Shown here piece by piece: positions 8,172 through 15,596 of a DNA stretch of 62,294 bases. Both the position numbers and the translations under genes were made by a program. Position 1 is the stretch's first letter. Every line of letters starts with the position of its first letter. Location of the stretch: IMG/VR virus record IMGVR_UViG_3300028608_000014, positions 1 through 62,294 of that record. One strand, written 5' to 3'. The stretch is from a virus (taxonomy: Duplodnaviria; Caudoviricetes). The notes beneath the pieces were generated by a model that worked only from the letters and a program-made list of their open reading frames with translations, was not told where the DNA came from and made no database searches.

Positions 8172-8188
8172 ACTCCAGGGGGAGAAGT

Positions 8189-8512
8189 ATGGGCAACAGG
8201 TCAGGTTGGGAGGCCCGCCGTTTCATGAGAGGTGAAGCGGTCTGGGTCTCCCCTTCGGTGAGCAGCCAGTGGCTGTCCGATGATGAGGCAGTGGTCCTGG
8301 AGGATGTCGGCGCGGGGTATCTTGTGCTGCAGGAGTCGGAGCGTGTCCCGAGCCATGGGCTCGGGCATTTCGTCTGTGACCGGGAGCTGTCCGAACTGTG
8401 CGAAGGCGCACGGCCCGTAATGGTGCGGGTCAAGGTCCGGCGGCTGCGGGAGTTCACGCTCACCCTGGTGCCGCCGGGGGATGCCCGGTGGTGGAGCGCC
8501 CGACATAACTAG
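8189..8512 (+). CDS. hypothetical protein
   Basis: GGGGGAG RBS before MGNRS. Confidence 0.6.
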   Translation: MGNRSGWEARRFMRGEAVWVSPSVSSQWLSDDEAVVLEDVGAGYLVLQESERVPSHGLGHFVCDRELSELCEGARPVMVRVKVRRLREFTLTLVPPGDARWWSARHN

Positions 8513-8524
8513 GCACTGCGCAAG

Positions 8525-8556
8525 AAAAGGCCTCCAGTGTGGCGGGGGCCTTTTTT
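8525..8556 (+). terminator. Bidirectional intrinsic terminator
   Basis: AAAAGGCCTCC...GGGGGCCTTTTTT. Confidence 0.75.
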
Positions 8557-8584
8557 CGTGCCATGGTGTTTCTCCGAGTTTTCA

Positions 8585-8614
8585 TTGAACACTACGCGCG
8601 TAGTGTTGTACGCT
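8585..8614 (+). promoter_or_regulatory. Promoter TTGAAC-N18-TACGCT with AACACTAC-GCGC-GTAGTGTT operator
   Basis: Perfect 8-bp arms around the shared CTAC-N4-GTAG core. Confidence 0.75.
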
Positions 8615-8667
8615 CTGTGTATTGATCTGCTGTAACAGCATCAACCTACACACAGGAGCACAGCATC

Positions 8668-9042
8668 ATGAGCATTCCCACCCTCTCGGCCCGCATGCGG
8701 GTCATCGAACCGCAGGACGAAATGATCGGTTCGCTCACCACCGAGCGCGTGGCCCTCGCCGTCCGCTACGCCGGAGGCCAGGTCATCGACGGCCCCGACG
8801 ACGCCAAGCGCTGGCTGGCCTGGGCGCTGAACACCGACATCCCGTACGGGGCCTGGGACCAGCTGTCCGAGGCGTTCCAGACGGCGCACTACCTCGAAGA
8901 CGCGGATCTGGACTACTGGTACGACGTCCCCAACACGCTCGCCAACCGCGAGGCCATGCTGCGCCACGCCGAACTCATCATCGACTCCTGCGTGGAGAGC
9001 CTGTCCCGGCTGCTCTGCGCCCAGCTGGGCGTGACGGCATGA
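8668..9042 (+). CDS. hypothetical protein
   Basis: CTACACACAGGAGCAC RBS. Confidence 0.8.
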   Translation: MSIPTLSARMRVIEPQDEMIGSLTTERVALAVRYAGGQVIDGPDDAKRWLAWALNTDIPYGAWDQLSEAFQTAHYLEDADLDYWYDVPNTLANREAMLRHAELIIDSCVESLSRLLCAQLGVTA

Positions 9043-9377
9043 GCAAGCGGGTAGCCATCTGGGGCACCGTGAAACTGAACGGCACCGGCAAGCGGGTGGC
9101 CGCCCTCTGGAACGGCAAGCAGTCCTACACGCGCATGGCCGTGGACTCTGACCCGTGGGGCGGCGTCATGCCCCTGTCCTGGCCGGAGGTGTGGACGTTC
9201 AGGCCCAGGGACGCCGACTGGAAAAACCAGCTGGAGCCTCTGGCCCCCCACTGCAAGAACTGCGCGGCGTACATCAAGCCCGACCCCACGGACTCGGAGA
9301 GCTGGGTGCACCGCTCCAGCGGCGACGGGGCCTGCAATCCCCGGATCGCGGACGCATGGGCGGAGCCTGCCCAGTGA
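9039..9377 (+). CDS. hypothetical protein with a CxxC...H...C motif
   Basis: ATGA overlap; MSKRVAIWG start. Confidence 0.7.
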   Translation: MSKRVAIWGTVKLNGTGKRVAALWNGKQSYTRMAVDSDPWGGVMPLSWPEVWTFRPRDADWKNQLEPLAPHCKNCAAYIKPDPTDSESWVHRSSGDGACNPRIADAWAEPAQ

Positions 9378-9490
9378 GCCGGCCGGAGACCTACATCATC
9401 GAGTGGACCGGAAACATCCAGGTCCACCAGCCCGTGAGGAACAGGGTGGAAGTCTCCGGCCAGGAACACGGCGAGGCAACGGAGCAGTGA
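9374..9490 (+). CDS. small hypothetical protein
   Basis: GTGA overlaps at both ends. Confidence 0.5.
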   Translation: MSRPETYIIEWTGNIQVHQPVRNRVEVSGQEHGEATEQ

Positions 9491-9792
9491 GCGCCATCTT
9501 CGAGCGGGCCGCCGGGCAGTGGGCGCAGATGCGCAGCGACTATGAGCGCTACGTGGACGCCGCCTACAACACGGCGCTGGAAGCCTGCTCGGGGGTGCTG
9601 GTCAACGCCGAAGGCAGGTTCGCCCGGATCGACGGCTACAGCCTGTTCACCGGCCCCGCCATCCGGGCACACAGGTTCGCCAGCTGGGAGCTGGTGGAGC
9701 ACTGGCAGCGCGTCCCCCGGCTGAGCCTGGCCGAGTTCGAGAAGCAATGGGTGGAAGGGAGCATCGGACACTATGAGCAGCAGGCTGCTTGA
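9487..9792 (+). CDS. hypothetical protein
   Basis: GTG start overlapping the upstream stop. Confidence 0.75.
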   Translation: MSAIFERAAGQWAQMRSDYERYVDAAYNTALEACSGVLVNAEGRFARIDGYSLFTGPAIRAHRFASWELVEHWQRVPRLSLAEFEKQWVEGSIGHYEQQAA

Positions 9793-11215
9793 ACGCTGGA
9801 CACCGCGCCCGGACCAGCTGGCCGCCACCAATGAGATCCTGCAGGCCAAACGGCATCTGTGCCGGGCCGAGGTGGGCGCAGGCAAGACACTGGTGGGCGT
9901 GGAGGCCGTGCTGCGTTCCCGTGTGCCCGTGACGCTGGTGGTGGGGCCGCTGAACACCCGCTCCGGATGGGAGAAGGCCTTTGCCCGGCAGTCCGGCGGC
10001 ACCGTGGACTTCCACTTCATCGACGGCTCCAAGCGCGGCACGGCCGCCTTCCACGCGCTGGCCCGGGGCCAGTGGGGCGTCTATTTCATGTCCTGGAACC
10101 GCTTCCGGATGTATGACTGGGCCGCGTTCCCCATCGACTTCATCATCTACGATGAGGTCCACGAGGGGCAGAACCGCAAGTCGGCCACGCACCGCGCCAT
10201 GGTCTCGGCCGCCCGGATCGAGTACCAGGTGGGCCTCTCGGCCACGCTGGCGGGCAACCGGGTGGAGGGCCAGTGGGCCATCCAGCACAGTTTCTGGCCG
10301 GACAAAGCCATCACCCCGGCGTTCTGGACCTGGGTCACCAAGTACCTGAAGACCGAACGGCACAAGCAGGCCGGCAAGGCGATCCTGGGCGAGAAGGAGC
10401 CCGGCACGGTCTGGAGCCTGCTGCCGTCCAAGTCGGCGTTCCCCTCCCCGTACCAGGAGGAGCCGATCATCTTCAACATCGAGGTGGACCTGCTGCCGTT
10501 CCAGCGGAAAATCTACGACAGGTTCGAGAAGGAGGCCGTGGTCTGGCTCGAAGGCCACCCGCTGGTCGAGGAGCTGCCCGCCATCCAGCAGCTGCGGCTG
10601 CGGCAGATGTGCCTGGCCGTCCCGTCCATCCGGGAGGTCTGGAAGACCCGCACCGTCGATGAGTTCGGCCAGCCGTGCGAGCCCTGGGACGAACTGGTCG
10701 AGGAGGTCTACTTCGAGGAGGATGCCAAGTCCACCAAGGCGGAGGCGGTCATCGAACAGGTCCGGCACCTGTACGAGAACGGCGGCACCGAGCCGATCAT
10801 CATGTTCACGCACTCCCGAAAATTCGCCACCATGCTCACGCTGCGGCTGCAGGCGAAGGGCTACCGGGCGCGCCGGTTTGTCGGCGGCATGTCCGACGCC
10901 GAGCGCACCTGGAAGCGGGAGGCCTTCGGGACCGAATACGACATCATGGTGGCCACCCAGGCGGCCGTGGGCATCGGCACCGACGGCATCCAGGAGGTCT
11001 GCAGGATCGAGTTCTGGGTCTCCCTCAGTGACAACCGGCTGCACAACAAGCAGGGCACCGGCAGGCTGAACCGGCCCGGCCAGAAACGCACCGTGCTGCG
11101 CTACAACTTCCTCGCCCGCGACACCGTGGAGGTCAAGCGGCTGGCGCAGATGGCGGCCGACCAGGAGCAGCTGGACGCCAGCTACGGCTACGAACCGCAG
11201 GACACCGCCGCATGA
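9773..11215 (+). CDS. SF2 (DExH, SNF2-like) DNA helicase
   Basis: Motifs I GAGKT, II DEVH, III SAT, VI QGTGRLNR. Confidence 0.92.
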   Translation: MSSRLLERWTPRPDQLAATNEILQAKRHLCRAEVGAGKTLVGVEAVLRSRVPVTLVVGPLNTRSGWEKAFARQSGGTVDFHFIDGSKRGTAAFHALARGQWGVYFMSWNRFRMYDWAAFPIDFIIYDEVHEGQNRKSATHRAMVSAARIEYQVGLSATLAGNRVEGQWAIQHSFWPDKAITPAFWTWVTKYLKTERHKQAGKAILGEKEPGTVWSLLPSKSAFPSPYQEEPIIFNIEVDLLPFQRKIYDRFEKEAVVWLEGHPLVEELPAIQQLRLRQMCLAVPSIREVWKTRTVDEFGQPCEPWDELVEEVYFEEDAKSTKAEAVIEQVRHLYENGGTEPIIMFTHSRKFATMLTLRLQAKGYRARRFVGGMSDAERTWKREAFGTEYDIMVATQAAVGIGTDGIQEVCRIEFWVSLSDNRLHNKQGTGRLNRPGQKRTVLRYNFLARDTVEVKRLAQMAADQEQLDASYGYEPQDTAA

Positions 11216-11237
11216 TGACCTGTCGGAAAGAAAAGTA

Positions 11238-11267
11238 TTGACACCATGCACGTAGGGTCTGTAACGT
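11238..11267 (+). promoter_or_regulatory. Promoter TTGACA-N18-TAACGT with a degenerate operator (CCAT-GCAC-GTAGGG)
   Basis: Consensus -35; right half of the shared operator. Confidence 0.7.
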
Positions 11268-11320
11268 CTTCCTTATAAACATTGCTCTACACAGCAATCC
11301 ACACACCCTAGGAGCACACA

Positions 11321-11761
11321 ATGACCCTCGAACTCAACTTCGGACAGGTCCGCCTCGCAGACGGCACCGTCAGTGACGTTGCAAAGGAGCTGGAACTGAT
11401 GTCCGCACCTTCCGCCGCCGATATCGAACTGGAGCACCTGGCCGAAGCCGCCCTCCAGGCCGACATCGAGTTCAAGGAGGCCGAGACCAAGAAGGACAGC
11501 GCCAAGGCCGCCTTCAAGAAGGCCCTCGAAGCCCGTGGCCAGCTGGACCCGGACACCCGGAGCGTCGGCGTGGTCCGCACCATCATCAAGCGCATGCGCC
11601 GGTTCGACCCGGCCCTCGCCAAGCAGCTGCTCACGGCGGAGGAGGTCGCCAGGTACAGCGACATCAGCAGCGCGCTGGTCAAGGCCAACGTCGCCCCCAA
11701 CGTCTATGAAATGTTCCAGAAGGACGCCGGCTTCAGCCTCGAAATCAAAGTCGCTGATTAG
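11321..11761 (+). CDS. hypothetical protein
   Basis: 146 aa, AGGAGCAC RBS. Confidence 0.85.
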   Translation: MTLELNFGQVRLADGTVSDVAKELELMSAPSAADIELEHLAEAALQADIEFKEAETKKDSAKAAFKKALEARGQLDPDTRSVGVVRTIIKRMRRFDPALAKQLLTAEEVARYSDISSALVKANVAPNVYEMFQKDAGFSLEIKVAD

Positions 11762-11839
11762 GCAGCCGACGGCAGGAGGGGGATTTTCCCCTTCCTGCCT
11801 TTAGTTGTTTCCCGCAGAGCACACCAAAGGAGCAGCAGC

Positions 11840-12196
11840 ATGTCCCTCGACATGGCCCAGGCGTTCGCGATTTTCTCCGGACTCAACCTCGGACAGGACG
11901 AAGCGCAGGCAGCGCTGGACGCACTGACTCCGCCCGAGCGGGAGGAGTACCAGCAGCACGCCGCCGATTTTGTTGACGTGGCCGAACAGTACAGCGCGCA
12001 GGCCTACGCCGAACTCGGCCGGCTCACCTTTGAACACAACCTGCAGCTGAAGCCCGAGGATCTGACCCTGTGGACCATCCAGGACTACCGGGACGCGCTG
12101 GACGCCATCGAGGGCTCCGAGTTCGAGGCCATCCACCTGGCCAACCTCTGCCGGACCCCGGCCACACGGCACATCCTCGCGCTGGTGAAGCCATGA
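11840..12196 (+). CDS. hypothetical acidic protein
   Basis: AAGGAGCAG RBS. Confidence 0.8.
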   Translation: MSLDMAQAFAIFSGLNLGQDEAQAALDALTPPEREEYQQHAADFVDVAEQYSAQAYAELGRLTFEHNLQLKPEDLTLWTIQDYRDALDAIEGSEFEAIHLANLCRTPATRHILALVKP

Positions 12197-12254
12197 AAGG
12201 AACGCCATGGGAAGAACACCCGGCCGGGCAACGACCCGCTTTGAAGGCCGTGTC

Positions 12255-12530
12255 GTGAGCAGCCTGCAGAAGAACTTCCTGGCGGCGATGGTGGACAACC
12301 CGCCGCCCTGCACCGAAGAAGACCCGGAGATCTTCTTCGGCGGCTCCGACTCCACGGCCGCGGCCCGCAACGTTGCGGCAGCCAAGGCGGTGTGCCGCAC
12401 CTGCCCGCTGATTTTTGCCTGCCTGCAATTCGCCCTGGAGACCAATGACCAGTTCGCCATCATGGGCGGCAAAACCCCCAACGAGCGCGCACGGGCCCAG
12501 TCCAGGTACAACGAAAGGCAAGCCGCATGA
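12255..12530 (+). CDS. whiB: WhiB-family transcription factor
   Basis: C...DPEIFF...AKAVCRTCP...C four-Cys pattern; AIMGG in place of GVWGG. Confidence 0.9.
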   Translation: MSSLQKNFLAAMVDNPPPCTEEDPEIFFGGSDSTAAARNVAAAKAVCRTCPLIFACLQFALETNDQFAIMGGKTPNERARAQSRYNERQAA

Positions 12531-13255
12531 GAACCCCCCGGGTGCTGGTCGCCTGCGAGTATTCAGGCATTGTCCGTGCCGCCTTTGCCGCCCGCGGCTG
12601 GGACGCCTGGTCCTGTGACCTGCTGGAATCCGAACGGCCCGGCGGCAACCACTACCAGGGCGACGTCAACGACATCCTGCATGAGGGCTGGGATCTCATG
12701 GTCGCGCACCCGCCGTGCACCTACCTGACCCTCTCCGGCGTGAAATGGCTGTACGAGGAATGGACCGACGCCGAGCGCGCCGCCCACCTGGATGCATTCG
12801 GCACAGTACTGACCGGCCACAGCCGCCGCCCTGACCTGCAACGCTGGCGGGACATGCGGGAGGGCGCAGACTTCTTCCTGCGGCTGTGGGATGCCGACAT
12901 CGAGCACATCGCCGTGGAGAACCCGCAGATGCACGGGCATGCCATCAGGGCCACGGGCGGCAAGCCCACCCAGTTTGTCCAGCCCTACGAGTACGGCACA
13001 CCGGAGTCCAAGCGCACCGGCCTGCGGCTGAAGAACCTGCCGCCGCTGACCCCCAATGAGGGCTGGGAGAAGGTGCTGGCCCACGGCAAGACGCTGCCGA
13101 AGAAGGTCTTCGAGCGGGTCCACTACCTCCCGCCGTCGCCCACCCGGTGGAAGGAACGCTCCCGCACCTTCCCCGGCATCGCCCAGGCCATGGCAGACCA
13201 GTGGGGGCCATACATCGAAGCCAGAATCGACGCAGAGGAGCTGCAGGCAGCATGA
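12527..13255 (+). CDS. short DNA cytosine-5 methyltransferase-like protein
   Basis: VLVACEYSG (motif I variant), AHPPC (motif IV), AVENP (motif VI), RSRTFPGIA. Confidence 0.75.
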   Translation: MRTPRVLVACEYSGIVRAAFAARGWDAWSCDLLESERPGGNHYQGDVNDILHEGWDLMVAHPPCTYLTLSGVKWLYEEWTDAERAAHLDAFGTVLTGHSRRPDLQRWRDMREGADFFLRLWDADIEHIAVENPQMHGHAIRATGGKPTQFVQPYEYGTPESKRTGLRLKNLPPLTPNEGWEKVLAHGKTLPKKVFERVHYLPPSPTRWKERSRTFPGIAQAMADQWGPYIEARIDAEELQAA

Positions 13256-14055
13256 CAGACTTTCCCCCGCTGGAGGCCGTGGAGCACATGTTCCTGAAGG
13301 CCTTCACCAAACCCTCCAGCCGGTCCCTGCAGTCCAAGCTCGGACCCTCCGAGGTGGGTGGCTGCCCGTACTGCGTCGGCTACACGATGGCCGCCAAACT
13401 CTGCAAGATGCCGCCGCGCGAGGCTGACCCGTTCGGCTACGCGGCCCACATCGGCACCATGTGCCACTACTACCTGGAGCACAAGCTGGACCTGGTGTAC
13501 GGGGCCGGCTATGAGATCGCCTCGCACCGGGAAACCAAGCTGAAGAACATCTTCGAGATACCCGGCTACGGCCCCATCGGGGGCAGCTCCGATCTGTTCG
13601 TGCCGGACTGGGGGCGCACGTTCGACTACAAGTTCCCCGGCAAATACAGCTATGACCTGGTGAAGCTGGCCATCGCCAAGGGCCTGCAGGCGCTGGCGCG
13701 CGGCGAGAAGTTCGAGAAGGCACATGCCCCGAGCATGAGGTACCGGGCGCAGCAGCAGATCTACCGCAAGGGCTGGGAGAACCTCGGCCACGAGGTTGGT
13801 AGCTCGGTTATTATTTTTCTGCCGAGACACAGTAACTCAATAAAGGATGTACTATTCTGGGAAGAGCCCAAGAACGACCGGCTCCTCGAAGACGCAATGG
13901 CGCGGACGGAGAAGATCTGGGAGTACGTCTTGGACGGCCAGCTTGACGGGCTCCCCTCGGACCCGGACTGCTACACCTGCGACACCGAGGGCCGGGGCAA
14001 CACGGCAAGCTACAACCAACTACACAGCAACCACATCAAGGAGCACGCAGCATGA
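13252..14055 (+). CDS. Cas4-family / PD-(D/E)XK exonuclease
   Basis: PSEVGGC, GTMCH, D...DYK, QxxxY and C-terminal CxxC motifs. Confidence 0.85.
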   Translation: MTDFPPLEAVEHMFLKAFTKPSSRSLQSKLGPSEVGGCPYCVGYTMAAKLCKMPPREADPFGYAAHIGTMCHYYLEHKLDLVYGAGYEIASHRETKLKNIFEIPGYGPIGGSSDLFVPDWGRTFDYKFPGKYSYDLVKLAIAKGLQALARGEKFEKAHAPSMRYRAQQQIYRKGWENLGHEVGSSVIIFLPRHSNSIKDVLFWEEPKNDRLLEDAMARTEKIWEYVLDGQLDGLPSDPDCYTCDTEGRGNTASYNQLHSNHIKEHAA

Positions 14056-14861
14056 GCACCGAAACCGTCGAAGTCGGGACGATTGTTCCCGGCACCGAGC
14101 GCGGGCTGCCCGCACCAACGGCGGAGATGTTCGACTTCGCCAGCATCGGCGTCAAGGTCGAACGGCCCCGCAAACCATCCAAGAAGTTCTCCGCCGTCCT
14201 GTACTCGCCGCCGAAGATCGGCAAGACGTCCCTGATCGGCTCCTGCGCCGACGTCCCGGCACTGTGCCCCGTACTGCTGCTGGCCGTCGAGGACGGCAGC
14301 TCCGTACTGGATGAACAGTACGCCGATGACGACAACCTCGACGTCATCAACGTGGAGGACTGGCCGACGGCGGCCCGGATCATCACCGCCGTGGCCGAGG
14401 GCAAGACCCGCTACAAGACCATCGGCGTGGACACCATCTCCGAACTCCAGGAACTGATGAAGGAGCACACCAACGAGGAGGGTTACGCCCTCTGGGCCTT
14501 CATCGCGGACGAGACCATCAAGGTGGTCAAGATGCTGCACCGGAGCCCCCACGTCAACGTCATCTTCACCACCCACGCGGAGAAGGTGCGGGACGAATCC
14601 ACCGGCAAGATCCTCAACAGCCCGTACTTCCTGGGCAAGAAGGCCCTGGCCGAGGTGCTGAAGCCCATCGACCTGATCCTCTACCTCGCCGTCACGGAGG
14701 ACAAGACAACCAGGGAGCCGATCCGGGTGCTCCTCACCAAGCCCGACGGCAAGAACGACGCCGGGGACCGCACGGGCAAGCTCGATATGTACATCCCCAA
14801 CCCGAATTTCTCGGAAATCTACGCACAGATGAAGGCCCAGGAGTTCGCCCAGGCCAGCTGA
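14052..14861 (+). CDS. Sak4-like AAA ATPase / recombinase
   Basis: YSPPKIGKTS Walker A, IGVDTISE Walker B, FTTHAE; flanked by exonuclease and SSB. Confidence 0.85.
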   Translation: MSTETVEVGTIVPGTERGLPAPTAEMFDFASIGVKVERPRKPSKKFSAVLYSPPKIGKTSLIGSCADVPALCPVLLLAVEDGSSVLDEQYADDDNLDVINVEDWPTAARIITAVAEGKTRYKTIGVDTISELQELMKEHTNEEGYALWAFIADETIKVVKMLHRSPHVNVIFTTHAEKVRDESTGKILNSPYFLGKKALAEVLKPIDLILYLAVTEDKTTREPIRVLLTKPDGKNDAGDRTGKLDMYIPNPNFSEIYAQMKAQEFAQAS

Positions 14862-14905
14862 GCACCACCTAAACAAGAAACCAGAAACAAAGGAAACAGA
14901 TCACC

Positions 14906-15469
14906 ATGGCACGTCTGACTCTCAACATCGACCAGGACGCTTTCGACGGAGCGGGTTTTGAGCCCGTGCCGGTTGGTCCGTACAAGGTCAACATCTACTC
15001 CATTGACGTCCGGGAAGTGAAGCAGGGCGATCACAAGGGCAAGCCCCGCCTCAATTTTCAGTTCCGCATTCAGGACGGCGAGACCTCGCCCGAGGGCAAG
15101 CGGCAGGGCAACCGCCGGCTGTTCGTGGAGCTGAACGCCTTCGAGATGCCGAACAAGAAAGACCCCTCCAAGATGAACGCGCCGTTCGAGCTGATCGCCA
15201 TCGGCAAGGCCATCGGCCTGGACCGGGACCAGATCAATGCCCTGGACACCGATGACTGGCTGGGCAAGGAACTGCAGCTCTCCGTGGCGGCCCACGAGGA
15301 CAAGATGGCCAAGAACCCGGCCACCAACAAGTACGACATCGCCACGGGCGAGAAGCGTGAAGTCATCAAGGGCTTCCGCTCCCTGGAGTCCGCCGGCACC
15401 GCTGTGGCGGCCAGCGCCGGAGTCCTGGCCAAGTCCGGCGGCAAGTCCAACTCCGCGTTTGACCTCTAG
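14906..15469 (+). CDS. ssDNA-binding protein (DUF669-like)
   Basis: FEPVPVGPYKVNI N-terminus, C-terminal FDL, position after Sak4. Confidence 0.75.
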   Translation: MARLTLNIDQDAFDGAGFEPVPVGPYKVNIYSIDVREVKQGDHKGKPRLNFQFRIQDGETSPEGKRQGNRRLFVELNAFEMPNKKDPSKMNAPFELIAIGKAIGLDRDQINALDTDDWLGKELQLSVAAHEDKMAKNPATNKYDIATGEKREVIKGFRSLESAGTAVAASAGVLAKSGGKSNSAFDL

Positions 15470-15476
15470 ACGTACC

Positions 15477-15523
15477 GCCTGTGCTGTGATGGCACACCGC
15501 CCGTTCGAGACGGGCCACAGGCA
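15477..15523 (+). ncRNA. Anticodon-less tRNA-like element
   Basis: 7-bp acceptor-like stem GCCTGTG/CACAGGC, mini D-arm, 5-bp T-stem GCCCG/CGGGC with TTCGAGA loop. Confidence 0.55.
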
Positions 15524-15530
15524 CTGAACC

Positions 15531-15554
15531 TCCAGTCCTGCGGCTGGATTTTTT
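15531..15554 (+). terminator. Intrinsic terminator
   Basis: TCCAGTC..GGCTGGA followed by TTTTTT. Confidence 0.65.
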
Positions 15555-15596
15555 ATCGGAGGAGCACGGGCTAATGCGTTACAACGGGAGTCGGGC

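Noticed and set aside
13252-14055. Cas4-like gene as evidence of CRISPR-Cas
   Set aside because: No repeat-spacer array or other cas genes; it sits in the usual exonuclease-Sak4-SSB recombination module.
15477-15523. Bona fide tRNA gene
   Set aside because: No anticodon arm and no CCA; kept only as a tRNA-like element. No complete tRNA was seen in the window.
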